Notes under the pieces: model-generated
Told to the model about the DNA's origin: nothing
The model's database searches: none
What the model saw: only the letters and a program-made list of their open reading frames with translations
Made by a program: the position numbers and the translations under genes
NCBI GenBank assembly: GCA_018221085.1
Contig: JAAOXZ010000079.1
Location: 1-37,343 of the forward strand
Source of the DNA: Candidatus Woesearchaeota archaeon
GTDB taxonomy: Archaea > Nanobdellota > Nanobdellia > Woesearchaeales > GW2011-AR9
Length of the DNA stretch: 37,343 nt
Direction: 5' to 3'
Shown: positions 1 to 7,949 of the stretch, one piece after another
Layout: every line of letters begins with the position of its first letter
Position numbering within the stretch: position 1 is the first letter of the stretch

Positions 1-125
1 CCTACTCCTTCGTTAGGATTAATGGTAGTAAAGGGATAATTAGCTATTTCTACTTCTGCTAACGTAGCCGCCTTAAAAAAAGTACTTTTCCCCGCTGAAG
101 GTTTCCCCACTAATCCAATTAACAT
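1..125 (-). CDS. Obg-like (YchF/OLA1-type) P-loop GTPase/ATPase, N-terminal fragment running off the window
   Basis: Too short for the ORF track. Reverse strand from ATG at 125..123 reads [41 protein letters not shown]: Walker A GKPSAGKS followed by the YPFTTI.PN switch-I string typical of Obg/YchF proteins. Confidence 0.7.
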   Translation of the reverse strand, partial: MLIGLVGKPSAGKSTFFKAATLAEVEIANYPFTTINPNEGV

Positions 126-264
126 ATATTAAGAGGAATTAGGTTTCCAATCTAATTCATTGTGTATATACCAAAATCCTTGGATTTCCATTTGAAATCC
201 GATGATTTTCAGTATAATTTAAATCCAAAGAAGTACGTATTTATAAAAGTTAGTTACTTCTTCT

Positions 265-1503
265 TTAATTACGACGAATGTTTCCCCGATAGGGGTTTCC
301 ATTTCCGTTGGGTCTTCTGTTCCCCTGACGTTCTCTTGAGAAAGGTCTTCGTCTTCCTCTAGACCGGTCTTCTACTCGCACCGTTTCTACCCTTTTCAAG
401 TAAGGAGCTTCCACATTTTTCACATCAAACTCTCGATAGGTGTTCAAAATTCGAGAAAAGTTATCATAATCACGCTCACTTAGGAAGTTAACTACTTTTC
501 CTTCTTCTCCAGCTCGAGCAGTCCGACCAATTCGGTGGACATAATCCGTGGAGTCGTTAGGTAGTTCATAATTATAGATATGTGAAACATTATCTATGTG
601 CAATCCTCGTGCGGCTACATCAGTACAAACTAGTACTCCTGCTTTAGCATCGTTAAATGAATTGATGGTTCTAGTTCTTTTGTTTTGTGATAAACCGCCA
701 TGGATAGCAATAGCATCAATTTTGTTCACTTTCAAATTCTTGTAAACAAAATCAGTAGTTCTCCGAGTGTTACAGAAAATCATTGCCAATCCAGAAGTTT
801 CATGCTGCAATAAATGAATTAACAAAGATAATTTCAGATTTCTGGGAACATCGTAGTAGATTTGTTTCAATTTACTAGGATCTACCTGAGTTTTAGCTGA
901 AACTTCCACTGAGTTAGTCATATAAGCATCTGATAAATCTTTAATGTGGGCGGAAATAGTAGCCGAAAAGAATAACGTTTGCCTTTTAGCGGGGCAATTT
1001 TGTATAATCTGTTCTACATCTTCTATAAAACCCATATCAAACATTCGATCTGCTTCGTCTAAAACCAGTACTTTAACGTTTGAAAGATTAATAGTTCCTC
1101 TGCTCAAATGGTCTAATAGTCTACCAGGGGTAGCAACCACTACTTCTGTTTTACGTAAATCATAAATTTGTCTATTAATAGAAACTCCCCCATAAATAGA
1201 TAAAACCTTCAGTTTTCTCTGTGCTAATTCCACTAAAGAACCCTTGACTTGTTCTGCTAATTCTCGAGTTGGAGTTAGTACTAATGCTTGTACTCCTTTT
1301 CCCGGATTAACTTGGTTAACAATACCACAACCAAAAGCTAATGTTTTCCCAGAACCAGTTGCCGATTCTCCGATAACATCTTTACCTTCCATAATTGAAG
1401 GAATAGATAACTCTTGAATTTGAGTGGGTTTTGTAAATTTTAATTTTGTAATTGTTTCTAACAATTGTTGGCTTAAGCCTAATTTTTCAAATAAATTATT
1501 CAT
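265..1503 (-). CDS. DEAD-box ATP-dependent RNA helicase with Arg/Gly-rich C-terminal tail
   Basis: Motifs ATGSGKT (I), PTRELA (Ia), DEAD (II), SAT (III), HRIGRTARAG (VI); GAGGT Shine-Dalgarno before the ATG. Confidence 0.95.
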   Translation of the reverse strand: MNNLFEKLGLSQQLLETITKLKFTKPTQIQELSIPSIMEGKDVIGESATGSGKTLAFGCGIVNQVNPGKGVQALVLTPTRELAEQVKGSLVELAQRKLKVLSIYGGVSINRQIYDLRKTEVVVATPGRLLDHLSRGTINLSNVKVLVLDEADRMFDMGFIEDVEQIIQNCPAKRQTLFFSATISAHIKDLSDAYMTNSVEVSAKTQVDPSKLKQIYYDVPRNLKLSLLIHLLQHETSGLAMIFCNTRRTTDFVYKNLKVNKIDAIAIHGGLSQNKRTRTINSFNDAKAGVLVCTDVAARGLHIDNVSHIYNYELPNDSTDYVHRIGRTARAGEEGKVVNFLSERDYDNFSRILNTYREFDVKNVEAPYLKRVETVRVEDRSRGRRRPFSRERQGNRRPNGNGNPYRGNIRRN

Positions 1504-1687
1504 TTTTTATATACCTCGTATATTAAGCACTTCTATTAGAAAAAGCGAAATGTTGTCCAAGTGCCTTCTCTCATCATTGCTCTCGTTATCCTGATTGATT
1601 TCCGCTACTTTATAAACCTTTCGTTTATTACTACTTTTGGGAGACAATGACAAAAGATTTAAAAATGAACTTGTTTTTATAACATAA

Positions 1688-1915
1688 ATGAAAATCAACA
1701 ATGATTATCGTTCCGGTTTATCTGAAGAAAACAGAGTTTTGTATGATCGTGTTTTTCGGGTTGCTAGGGTAGGATATTCTCAATCAGGACAAACTGGGGC
1801 CGTAGATGCTGTGGTTATGGTGACAAACTCTAGTAATTGGGATAGTCCAGTGGTATTAAAGGCTCTTAAAGATGCCAACCCTCAAGGAACCATAGATGAT
1901 CTATTAAAAAAATAA
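1688..1915 (+). CDS. hypothetical protein (75 aa)
   Basis: ORF with a TATA-like TTTAAAAA 23 nt upstream of the ATG; no family recognised. Confidence 0.45.
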   Translation: MKINNDYRSGLSEENRVLYDRVFRVARVGYSQSGQTGAVDAVVMVTNSSNWDSPVVLKALKDANPQGTIDDLLKK

Positions 1916-1959
1916 CTTCTTTTAACAACTTTTATAATCCCCAACAAAATTTCTATCTG

Positions 1960-2661
1960 ATGCTTAAAATACAACTACATATCCATAGTAAAGAAGATCC
2001 CCGCGATACTCTTTCTTGTACTGCCAAAGATTTAATTGATGAAGCCGTAGAACAGAAATTTGATGTTATGGCCTTTACTTGCCATAATAAAGTTATCCAC
2101 ACCCCAGAATTGGAACAATATGCTAAAAGTAAAAATATTCTTTTAATTTCTGGAGTAGAAAGAAATATTGAAAGAAAAGAAGTTTTATTATACAATATTA
2201 CTGAAGAAGAATCCCAATCTTTAACCACCTTCCAAGAATTAATCGATTTCAAAAAGAAGCAACAACAACAGAATAAACCTTTTTTAGTCATCGCTCCTCA
2301 TCCGTTTTACTTTGGTCCGCCGTGTTTGAAAAAAAAAGTCATTGAATATTTAGACCTATTTGATGCCTGGGAGTATTCTTTTTTTCACACTAAATGGATT
2401 AACCCCAATAAAAAAATGGCGGAATTGGCTCAAGAACACCACAAACCAGTTATTGGTAATTCTGATGTCCATAAAGCCCACACTTTAGAAAGAACTTACT
2501 CTTTACTGGATTCAGAAAAGAATATTCCGGCTATTTTTCAAGCCATTAAAGATGATAAAATAGAGATTAAAACCACTCCCCTTTCTTTTATTTCTTTTGC
2601 TAAACTATTTGTAGTGGTATCAATTACCATAATTAAACGCTGGCTCAAAAAAGAATATTAA
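1960..2661 (+). CDS. PHP-domain metal-dependent phosphoesterase with C-terminal hydrophobic segment
   Basis: N-terminal LHIHS (HxH) and C-terminal GNSDVH motifs typical of PHP/histidinol-phosphatase-like domains; TATA box 21 nt upstream. Confidence 0.7.
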   Translation: MLKIQLHIHSKEDPRDTLSCTAKDLIDEAVEQKFDVMAFTCHNKVIHTPELEQYAKSKNILLISGVERNIERKEVLLYNITEEESQSLTTFQELIDFKKKQQQQNKPFLVIAPHPFYFGPPCLKKKVIEYLDLFDAWEYSFFHTKWINPNKKMAELAQEHHKPVIGNSDVHKAHTLERTYSLLDSEKNIPAIFQAIKDDKIEIKTTPLSFISFAKLFVVVSITIIKRWLKKEY

Positions 2662-2723
2662 ACGTTGCGGAATTCTTGAATACCCACAACTCTTTTAAAA
2701 CTCACTCTTATTTCAACAAAAAC

Positions 2724-3161
2724 ATGGAACACAAAAAACCATATACCAAACCAAGAATAGAAACTCCTCAACTCTTTACATTGACTGCGTCACAAAGTGA
2801 ATTAGCTAACATTGAATATTGTGCCTTTTTAGTTGGAGCCAAAACCGTCGGTCGCACAACTAGGCATAAACTGGGTAGCACGGATTACAAAACAACATTT
2901 CCTATCCACCTTATTGATTTTACATCTCACCTTTGTGGAGGATTTGAGGAGTCATTAGAGGATCCAACTGAAATCTTACCTGATAATGCTGCTGAAATAA
3001 CAGATGGGACATTTAAAGGTATTGAAGTATATATTATTGGTGATAAGAGAACAACAATGGAACAATATTACCATCTACGTCAGTTAATCCCCTTTGAAAT
3101 AAAAATGTTTCCTCGTCCTTTATTTACAAACGAATTACGTGAATTATGTGATTGTCTATAA
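2724..3161 (+). CDS. hypothetical protein
   Basis: The track ORF starts at TTG 2676. The internal ATG at 2724 lies 24 nt downstream of TTTTAAAA (2693..2700), matching the leaderless spacing seen elsewhere. Confidence 0.55.
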   Translation: MEHKKPYTKPRIETPQLFTLTASQSELANIEYCAFLVGAKTVGRTTRHKLGSTDYKTTFPIHLIDFTSHLCGGFEESLEDPTEILPDNAAEITDGTFKGIEVYIIGDKRTTMEQYYHLRQLIPFEIKMFPRPLFTNELRELCDCL

Positions 3162-3184
3162 CTGCTTAATTGCAAACCTAAAAG

Positions 3185-3192
3185 TTTATAAA
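3185..3192 (+). promoter_or_regulatory. TATA box, leaderless spacing
   Basis: TTTATAAA 22 nt before ATG 3215. Confidence 0.6.
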
Positions 3193-3214
3193 TTTCTGTC
3201 CTTTTATTTTAATC

Positions 3215-3832
3215 ATGCCTGCTATAGCAACTAAAGGAAAAAGAGTCCAAGTAGCTACTTATCGCGTTAAATACAAAGACGTTTTTGACATGAAAAAATT
3301 CTACGAAGATCTTCACGATTGGTTAGCTGAAAAAGGGTGGGCAGATTTAGCAGATCCCGGTAGCGACCATTATGAAACTTTTTACTTAGAACAAGTTAAT
3401 CCCGGAGGCTCTAAAGTAATAACTATCAAATGGCGTCCACAAAAAATACCGGAAAAAAATTCTTATTACCGTTATTGGATGGATGTCAATATTGTTTGTA
3501 TCGGATTGGTAAACGTAGATGTAGTTAAAGACGGCGTAAAGTTAAAAGTTAACAAAGGAGAAATGGAAATCACCATCACTGCTTATATGGATCTTGATTA
3601 TCGAGGAGAATGGTCTTCTCATCCCATTCTGAAATTTTTTAACAAAATGTTCCCCGACAGAATTTTCAATAAAGAGCTTTTTGGTGGACATCGAGATGAA
3701 CTTTACCGAGAATCGTATGAGTTACAAACCTTCATCAAGCAATGGTTCAAACTAAAAACATTCGCTCCTTATGCTGATAAAACCTCCTTTTACCCTTCTC
3801 ACGCCTGGCCCAGCCACTTAAAAGAGGAATAA
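3215..3832 (+). CDS. hypothetical protein (205 aa)
   Basis: Long ORF; TTTATAAA at 3185..3192, 22 nt upstream of the ATG; no family recognised. Confidence 0.6.
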   Translation: MPAIATKGKRVQVATYRVKYKDVFDMKKFYEDLHDWLAEKGWADLADPGSDHYETFYLEQVNPGGSKVITIKWRPQKIPEKNSYYRYWMDVNIVCIGLVNVDVVKDGVKLKVNKGEMEITITAYMDLDYRGEWSSHPILKFFNKMFPDRIFNKELFGGHRDELYRESYELQTFIKQWFKLKTFAPYADKTSFYPSHAWPSHLKEE

Positions 3833-3844
3833 AGGTATTCAACT

Positions 3845-4351
3845 ATGACTACTAAAGTAATCTTACCTCCAAATTATCTTGAAAATATTAATGGCAGGTT
3901 AATATTCTTAGCTGGACCCATACAAGGAGCTTACAATTGGCAAGAACAAGCAATTGAAACTCTACAAACTCTCGCTCCAGAATTATATGTTGCTTCTCCA
4001 AGAAGAAGAGAAATAATTAAGAAAGGAGAATTCACTATTGATATGTATAATGAGCAAGTTGATTGGGAAACATATCACTTAAGAAAAGCAGGAGAAAATG
4101 GGGCCATACTATTTTGGCTCACCAAAGAATCTGAACATATTTGTCGAAGAGCTTATGCACAAACTTCTAGATTTGAATTAGCGGAATGGAAAATAAGGCA
4201 CGAAAGAGATGGTTCAAATTTGGTTGTGGGTATTGAAGAAGGTTTTTCCGGAGCTAAATATATTCAAAGAAGATTATCTCAAGATTGTCCTGATGTCCCT
4301 ATTTGTTCTACGTTAGAAGAAACATGCAAAACAGCTATTTTAATTAGTTAA
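3845..4351 (+). CDS. nucleoside 2-deoxyribosyltransferase-like (SLOG-type) protein
   Basis: N-terminal LIFLAGPIQGAYNWQ..A string followed by SPRR and VDWE..L resembles the Nuc_deoxyri_tr2-like family; recognised by memory only. Confidence 0.5.
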   Translation: MTTKVILPPNYLENINGRLIFLAGPIQGAYNWQEQAIETLQTLAPELYVASPRRREIIKKGEFTIDMYNEQVDWETYHLRKAGENGAILFWLTKESEHICRRAYAQTSRFELAEWKIRHERDGSNLVVGIEEGFSGAKYIQRRLSQDCPDVPICSTLEETCKTAILIS

Positions 4352-4364
4352 TTTAAACAGAAAA

Positions 4365-4373
4365 ATTAATAAA
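4365..4373 (+). promoter_or_regulatory. TATA-like element for tRNA-Thr
   Basis: ATTAATAAA ~26 nt upstream of 4399. Confidence 0.5.
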
Positions 4374-4398
4374 GAAAATTCCTAATTCACTTCTTTAC

Positions 4399-4487
4399 GC
4401 CCCTGTAGCATAGTAGCTATTGCGGCAGACTTGTAATTAACAAATCAAGCAATCTGCAGGTCGAGGGTGCAAGTCCCTCCAGGGGCT
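4399..4487 (+). tRNA. tRNA-Thr(UGU) with 16-nt canonical (37/38) BHB intron 4436..4451; no encoded CCA
   Basis: Acceptor GCCCCTG/CAGGGGC, anticodon stem GCAGA/TCTGC, loop CTTGTAA, T stem GAGGG/CCCTC. The intron forms a 4-bp helix CTTG/CAAG flanked by 3-nt bulges TAA and CAA. TATA-like ATTAATAAA ~26 nt upstream. The T loop (TGCAAGT) and D loop are atypical. Confidence 0.75.
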
Positions 4488-4495
4488 GTTTCTTT

Positions 4496-4954
4496 TTAAA
4501 GAAATTTGGGTCGAAGGTATAATTCACAGAGACCCTCAAAGAGTTTTTGAGTGGCCACGTCATCAACTGGGTTTATAACAACTACCAGATAAGACGGGTG
4601 TGCTTTGGCTGCGGTCTGTTCCCCTCTCTGCTTTTCAACAAATTCAAAATGGTGATTGTTTTGGCCCCTACTTGCCGTTTCATCCGGAGGCAGATACATA
4701 TTTAAGTCATATTCTTGAGAAATTTTTTGTGCAGCTCTTACTTTCTTCTCTGATAATCCTTGTTCTCCGCCAACGGAGTACCATCCAGCATCATCCTGCG
4801 GTGGAACAGCGAATGTTAACTCATTATCTTCAATAGCCATAAATTTGAATCCATTTTCAGAAAATCCACTTTCTCTTAAAAATGCAGATAAAACTAAATC
4901 ACTTAACTCTCCCAGAGATTCTTTTGCTTTCATTACTTGTTGGATCAATTTCAT
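4496..4954 (-). CDS. hypothetical protein (152 aa)
   Basis: ORF with a TATA box (reverse strand TTTATATAAC) ~24 nt upstream; visibly more G+C-rich than neighbours. Confidence 0.6.
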   Translation of the reverse strand: MKLIQQVMKAKESLGELSDLVLSAFLRESGFSENGFKFMAIEDNELTFAVPPQDDAGWYSVGGEQGLSEKKVRAAQKISQEYDLNMYLPPDETASRGQNNHHFEFVEKQRGEQTAAKAHPSYLVVVINPVDDVATQKLFEGLCELYLRPKFL

Positions 4955-5060
4955 GTTTTTATCATTATTAGGGGAGTTATATAAAGGTTTTGGTAGACTT
5001 AATATTGGGAGTTATAATCAAAACCATTATAAATGGGAATTATTATTAGCTTAACATCAT

Positions 5061-5083
5061 ATTAACGAGGTAAAAATAAAATG
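5061..5083 (+). promoter_or_regulatory. 23-nt translation-initiation leader ATTAACGAGGTAAAAATAAAATG, identical copy at 5480..5502
   Basis: Exact repeat including the GAGGT SD and the ATG; related versions lie before 5783 and 28264 (CGAGGAATAATAAAATG / CGGAGGAATAATAAAAATG). Confidence 0.8.
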
Positions 5084-5479
5084 ACTTTAGAACAGGATAT
5101 TGAAGAAATAAAAAGGAAAGTAGGAAACTTAAGTAATAAAGACCACACTACAGAGAGAACCGGATTATATATTTTAGTTGCTACTGCTGCACTATTCTCA
5201 TACGGAGCGCAACAGACTAGTGACACGAATTATGATGCCCTTAAAGCCATGAAATTACAAATCGAAGCTATGAAACCACAGGTTCAAGTTGAAAATGTTA
5301 TTGGTTATGACGCACCAGAAAAGTTTTATGAGATTGATGGGCAAAGAGTTTACTTAGAGATTGATGGAAAGCCCGTTGGACAGTATGTCAAAGAAATAAA
5401 AACTGAGCAACCTATTGGCAAATTACCCGTAGAAAAACAAGATGCTCCTATTCGTGGAAGAGCAGAACGTTTAAGATAA
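5081..5479 (+). CDS. small single-pass membrane protein (coiled N-terminus, TM, IDG-motif C-terminal domain)
   Basis: TM segment GLYILVATAALFSYGA; C-terminal FYEIDGQRVYLEIDGKPV; GAGGT SD in a leader identical to that of the next gene. Confidence 0.65.
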   Translation: MTLEQDIEEIKRKVGNLSNKDHTTERTGLYILVATAALFSYGAQQTSDTNYDALKAMKLQIEAMKPQVQVENVIGYDAPEKFYEIDGQRVYLEIDGKPVGQYVKEIKTEQPIGKLPVEKQDAPIRGRAERLR

Positions 5480-5499
5480 ATTAACGAGGTAAAAATAAA

Positions 5500-5757
5500 A
5501 TGGATTATTCACAAAAAAGAGATGTAGTGGTATTGGGACTGGGAACTATGCTTGGTTTTGGTTTTGGTATAAACATTGGAGTTGTTATCCCCTATATAGA
5601 AGAGATTATTGTTCCTAATAACCTAGAACTTACCTGCCAAGAATTAAGTGAAAATAGTAAAGAAGTTAAAATTGACGGCACCCCCTACACATTAAAATGT
5701 GATGAGCAAGGTAGGCCCAGACTTTATGAAACTAAACCAGCAGAAAAACAAGAGTAA
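5500..5757 (+). CDS. small N-terminally anchored protein with 2-Cys ELTC..IDGTPY..KCD.QGRP domain
   Basis: N-terminal TM; paralog of 28264..28596; identical 23-nt leader/SD. Confidence 0.7.
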   Translation: MDYSQKRDVVVLGLGTMLGFGFGINIGVVIPYIEEIIVPNNLELTCQELSENSKEVKIDGTPYTLKCDEQGRPRLYETKPAEKQE

Positions 5758-5782
5758 CAAATAAAATTCGAGGAATAATAAA

Positions 5783-6148
5783 ATGACAGATAATTTAACA
5801 CCAATTGTACTCGCCAATAAGACGATTGGCTACAAAAACGAAACATTGCCACCTAATTTTAAGTATGATTTAATTTTCACGGTAAAAGTTAAACCAGGAG
5901 TTGAAATAGACGGAGAGTTAGTAGCAAGAGTTAATCAAATATGTCCCTCGCAATTTTTATTTGCAAAAGGCATGATCCTGGGATCCACATTACAAGGTTC
6001 TTATGAAACTGGTTTTGGCGTTAAATTAGAAAACAATACCGAAGGCAATTGGCAAGGTAATGCTGCGAAAGTTCCAACTGAGCTTGATGACATAGTAGAT
6101 CAAATTTATGTCGCTGACGGACCAGTAAAACGTCCAGAAAATTACTAG
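5783..6148 (+). CDS. hypothetical protein (121 aa, no TM)
   Basis: SD-led ORF in the same operon; its leader resembles that of 28264. Confidence 0.6.
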   Translation: MTDNLTPIVLANKTIGYKNETLPPNFKYDLIFTVKVKPGVEIDGELVARVNQICPSQFLFAKGMILGSTLQGSYETGFGVKLENNTEGNWQGNAAKVPTELDDIVDQIYVADGPVKRPENY

Positions 6149-6165
6149 AGGTAAAGAAATTAAAA

Positions 6166-6855
6166 ATGGAAAAACTATATGAAGAATGTCAACGGATAGA
6201 AGCCGAAGCGGATGCTGATATTGAAGGTTTTAATAGAGTTCTTGAAGACCTTGAAGCAGTAGATGGTCTTGATATTGCTTTGTTAGAAGATGAAGGCGTA
6301 CCTGATTTCTTTGCTGCAGATTTTGGAACCTCTGAAAACGATGGACAAGATAGACCAAAGAAACCAGTTCTATATAGTATTATCTACAACATTGAAAAAA
6401 CAGTAAAAGAATTTGTTTTTGCCTTACCAGTAGCTCTACACTATCTCGGCATATATAGGGCATCTGATTATGCCTTAAATAACACTCCTCATCGCTCTCC
6501 AAATAAAATAAAAAAAACCTTAGGCTCAATTGTATTGGCTGGAACTATGGCTTTAGGTATGTACTCTGTCCAAGATACTAAAACTCAAAATGATGAAAAT
6601 GCGGTTGCTCATGCCGAAGGAGAATATGCTGCCGCACAAATTAAGAAAAAATCTATTGAAATTCTAGCTGAAGCTGACGCTGAAAAGTACAAAATCCTAG
6701 AAAAAGCTCTTAATCCTAAAACTCCTGCAGAAAGAAAAGAAGTTAGACAATTATTCAATAATTTAGTAAAATATATTGATCTTAGAGAAAGATCTGGAGA
6801 TGTAGTTTGGATGCTTGATGGAGAAAAACCAATTTCTACTTATCGACCTAAATAA
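6166..6855 (+). CDS. membrane protein with acidic (E/V)LYEECQRIEAEADA N-terminal domain
   Basis: Paralog of 11610..12596 over the N-terminal ~50 aa; hydrophobic segments mid-protein; SD AGAGGT. Confidence 0.65.
   Translation: MEKLYEECQRIEAEADADIEGFNRVLEDLEAVDGLDIALLEDEGVPDFFAADFGTSENDGQDRPKKPVLYSIIYNIEKTVKEFVFALPVALHYLGIYRASDYALNNTPHRSPNKIKKTLGSIVLAGTMALGMYSVQDTKTQNDENAVAHAEGEYAAAQIKKKSIEILAEADAEKYKILEKALNPKTPAERKEVRQLFNNLVKYIDLRERSGDVVWMLDGEKPISTYRPK
6175..6218 (+). repeat. 44-nt 5' coding block, 43/44 identical to 11619..11662
   Basis: CTATATGAAGA(A/G)TGTCAACGGATAGAAGCCGAAGCGGATGCTGA in both genes; identity falls off sharply on both sides. Confidence 0.9.
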
Positions 6856-6897
6856 AACAAAACCTTTTACCATGACTTTTGACGAAGAGAAATTAAA

Positions 6898-7209
6898 ATG
6901 ACCACTAATTATGAAATGTTATTGCTTGGCGACCTTGTCCATAATGTATGTGAACAAGGGGGTATGTTAAACCATGTAGATCTTAGACCTTTAGCAGAAG
7001 AACTGGGTTTAGATTTAGATGAAATAATGCAAGAAATTATTCATATCTGCGATACTCAAAATTATAACGTTGGTTGCCATATGCATTGCACCAGAGTGAA
7101 TGTTATTCCCAAATACCAAAAAACAGGAGAGTTAGTTTTAAACAAGGACCACACCGAAGGATTGCTAAAAATCTTAGCTGTACACAAAGGAATCAGAAAA
7201 GATTACTAA
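6898..7209 (+). CDS. hypothetical Cys/His-containing protein (103 aa)
   Basis: Last ORF of the 5081..7209 same-strand cluster. Confidence 0.5.
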   Translation: MTTNYEMLLLGDLVHNVCEQGGMLNHVDLRPLAEELGLDLDEIMQEIIHICDTQNYNVGCHMHCTRVNVIPKYQKTGELVLNKDHTEGLLKILAVHKGIRKDY

Positions 7210-7289
7210 ACAAAACCAAAAACTTTAAAAGTATCCTCATGTTTACCATCAAAATAGATGATAGATGGAAAGTATTCTAGGTATATAAT

Positions 7290-7919
7290 ATGGAAGAACA
7301 ATTAAAAACAGGAACTACTACGGTTGGAATTGTCTGTAAAGATGGAGTTATCCTCGCTGCAGATAAAAGAGCTACTGCTGGTACTATGATAGTGGACAAA
7401 AGAGCAGAAAAAGTTCACTTAATTTCAGATGATGTTGCCGTAACTATTGCTGGAACTGTCTCCGATGCCCAATTATTAATCAAACTTATTCGAGCAGAAT
7501 TAAAATTAAAAGAAGTTAGAACTAGTAAAAGACCAACTATGAAAGAATCTGCTAATCTCTTAGGTGGATTGTTATACTCTAGTATCCGAAGAATGAGTAT
7601 GATTCCCGGTATTGCCCACTTTTTGATGGGAGGAAAAGACTATTTAGGTACGCATTTATATGATTTATTCCCCGATGGCAGTGTCACCAAAGTCAGAGAT
7701 TTTATTTCTTCCGGTTCCGGTTCAGTTTTCGCTTACGGAGTTTTAGAAAGTCATTACACTCCCGAAATAACTCTCGAAGAAGGAATACCTTTAGTTGTTA
7801 AAGCCGTAAATACTGCCTTACAAAGAGATTCTGCTTCTGGAAATGGTATTGATGTAGTTACCATCACCAATAAAGAAATTAAACTAGCACTACACAAAGA
7901 AGTCAATGTTCAATTATAA
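7290..7919 (+). CDS. psmB: proteasome subunit beta
   Basis: Short propeptide then the catalytic TTTVGIVCKDGVILAADKRAT string typical of archaeal 20S beta subunits. Confidence 0.95.
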   Translation: MEEQLKTGTTTVGIVCKDGVILAADKRATAGTMIVDKRAEKVHLISDDVAVTIAGTVSDAQLLIKLIRAELKLKEVRTSKRPTMKESANLLGGLLYSSIRRMSMIPGIAHFLMGGKDYLGTHLYDLFPDGSVTKVRDFISSGSGSVFAYGVLESHYTPEITLEEGIPLVVKAVNTALQRDSASGNGIDVVTITNKEIKLALHKEVNVQL

Positions 7920-7949
7920 ATGAACGTTTAGTTTTCAAACACTATTAAA

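Noticed and set aside
184-202. Hairpin GGATTTC-CATTT-GAAATCC between the helicase stop and the YchF-like start. It shares the 8-9-mers TTGGATTTC / TGAAATCC with the tRNA-Ser clamp helix, and TTGGATTTC also occurs at 24364.
   Set aside because: It could be a terminator or operator. However, a 7-bp stem and three occurrences of a 9-mer in an AT-rich 37-kb window are within what chance can give. No further support was found.
1507-1701. 64-aa reverse-strand ORF between the helicase and the 1688 gene
   Set aside because: It overlaps the helicase promoter/SD region and the TATA box and start of the 1688 ORF. It has no start signals of its own.
5703-5709. C-box-like heptamers (GTGATGA / ATGATGA) at 5703, around 28469, around 23848 and on the reverse strand near 1578 and 28222, considered as C/D box sRNA starts
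   Set aside because: Most lie within coding sequence (those near 1578 and 28222 fall in the helicase upstream region and the rejected 28183 leader), and I found no D box (CTGA) or C'/D' arrangement at the expected 40-70 nt spacing.
6175-6218. The 44-nt shared block as a diversity-generating retroelement TR/VR pair
   Set aside because: There is no reverse transcriptase in the window. There is only one mismatch (A/G) and no adenine-specific substitution pattern. The block lies at the N-terminus rather than in a C-terminal variable domain.
4399-7289. Integrated provirus or plasmid using tRNA-Thr as its att site
   Set aside because: I found no integrase gene and no direct repeat of the tRNA-Thr 3' or 5' part between 4488 and 7289 or upstream. 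It is kept only as a weak alternative in the operon finding.
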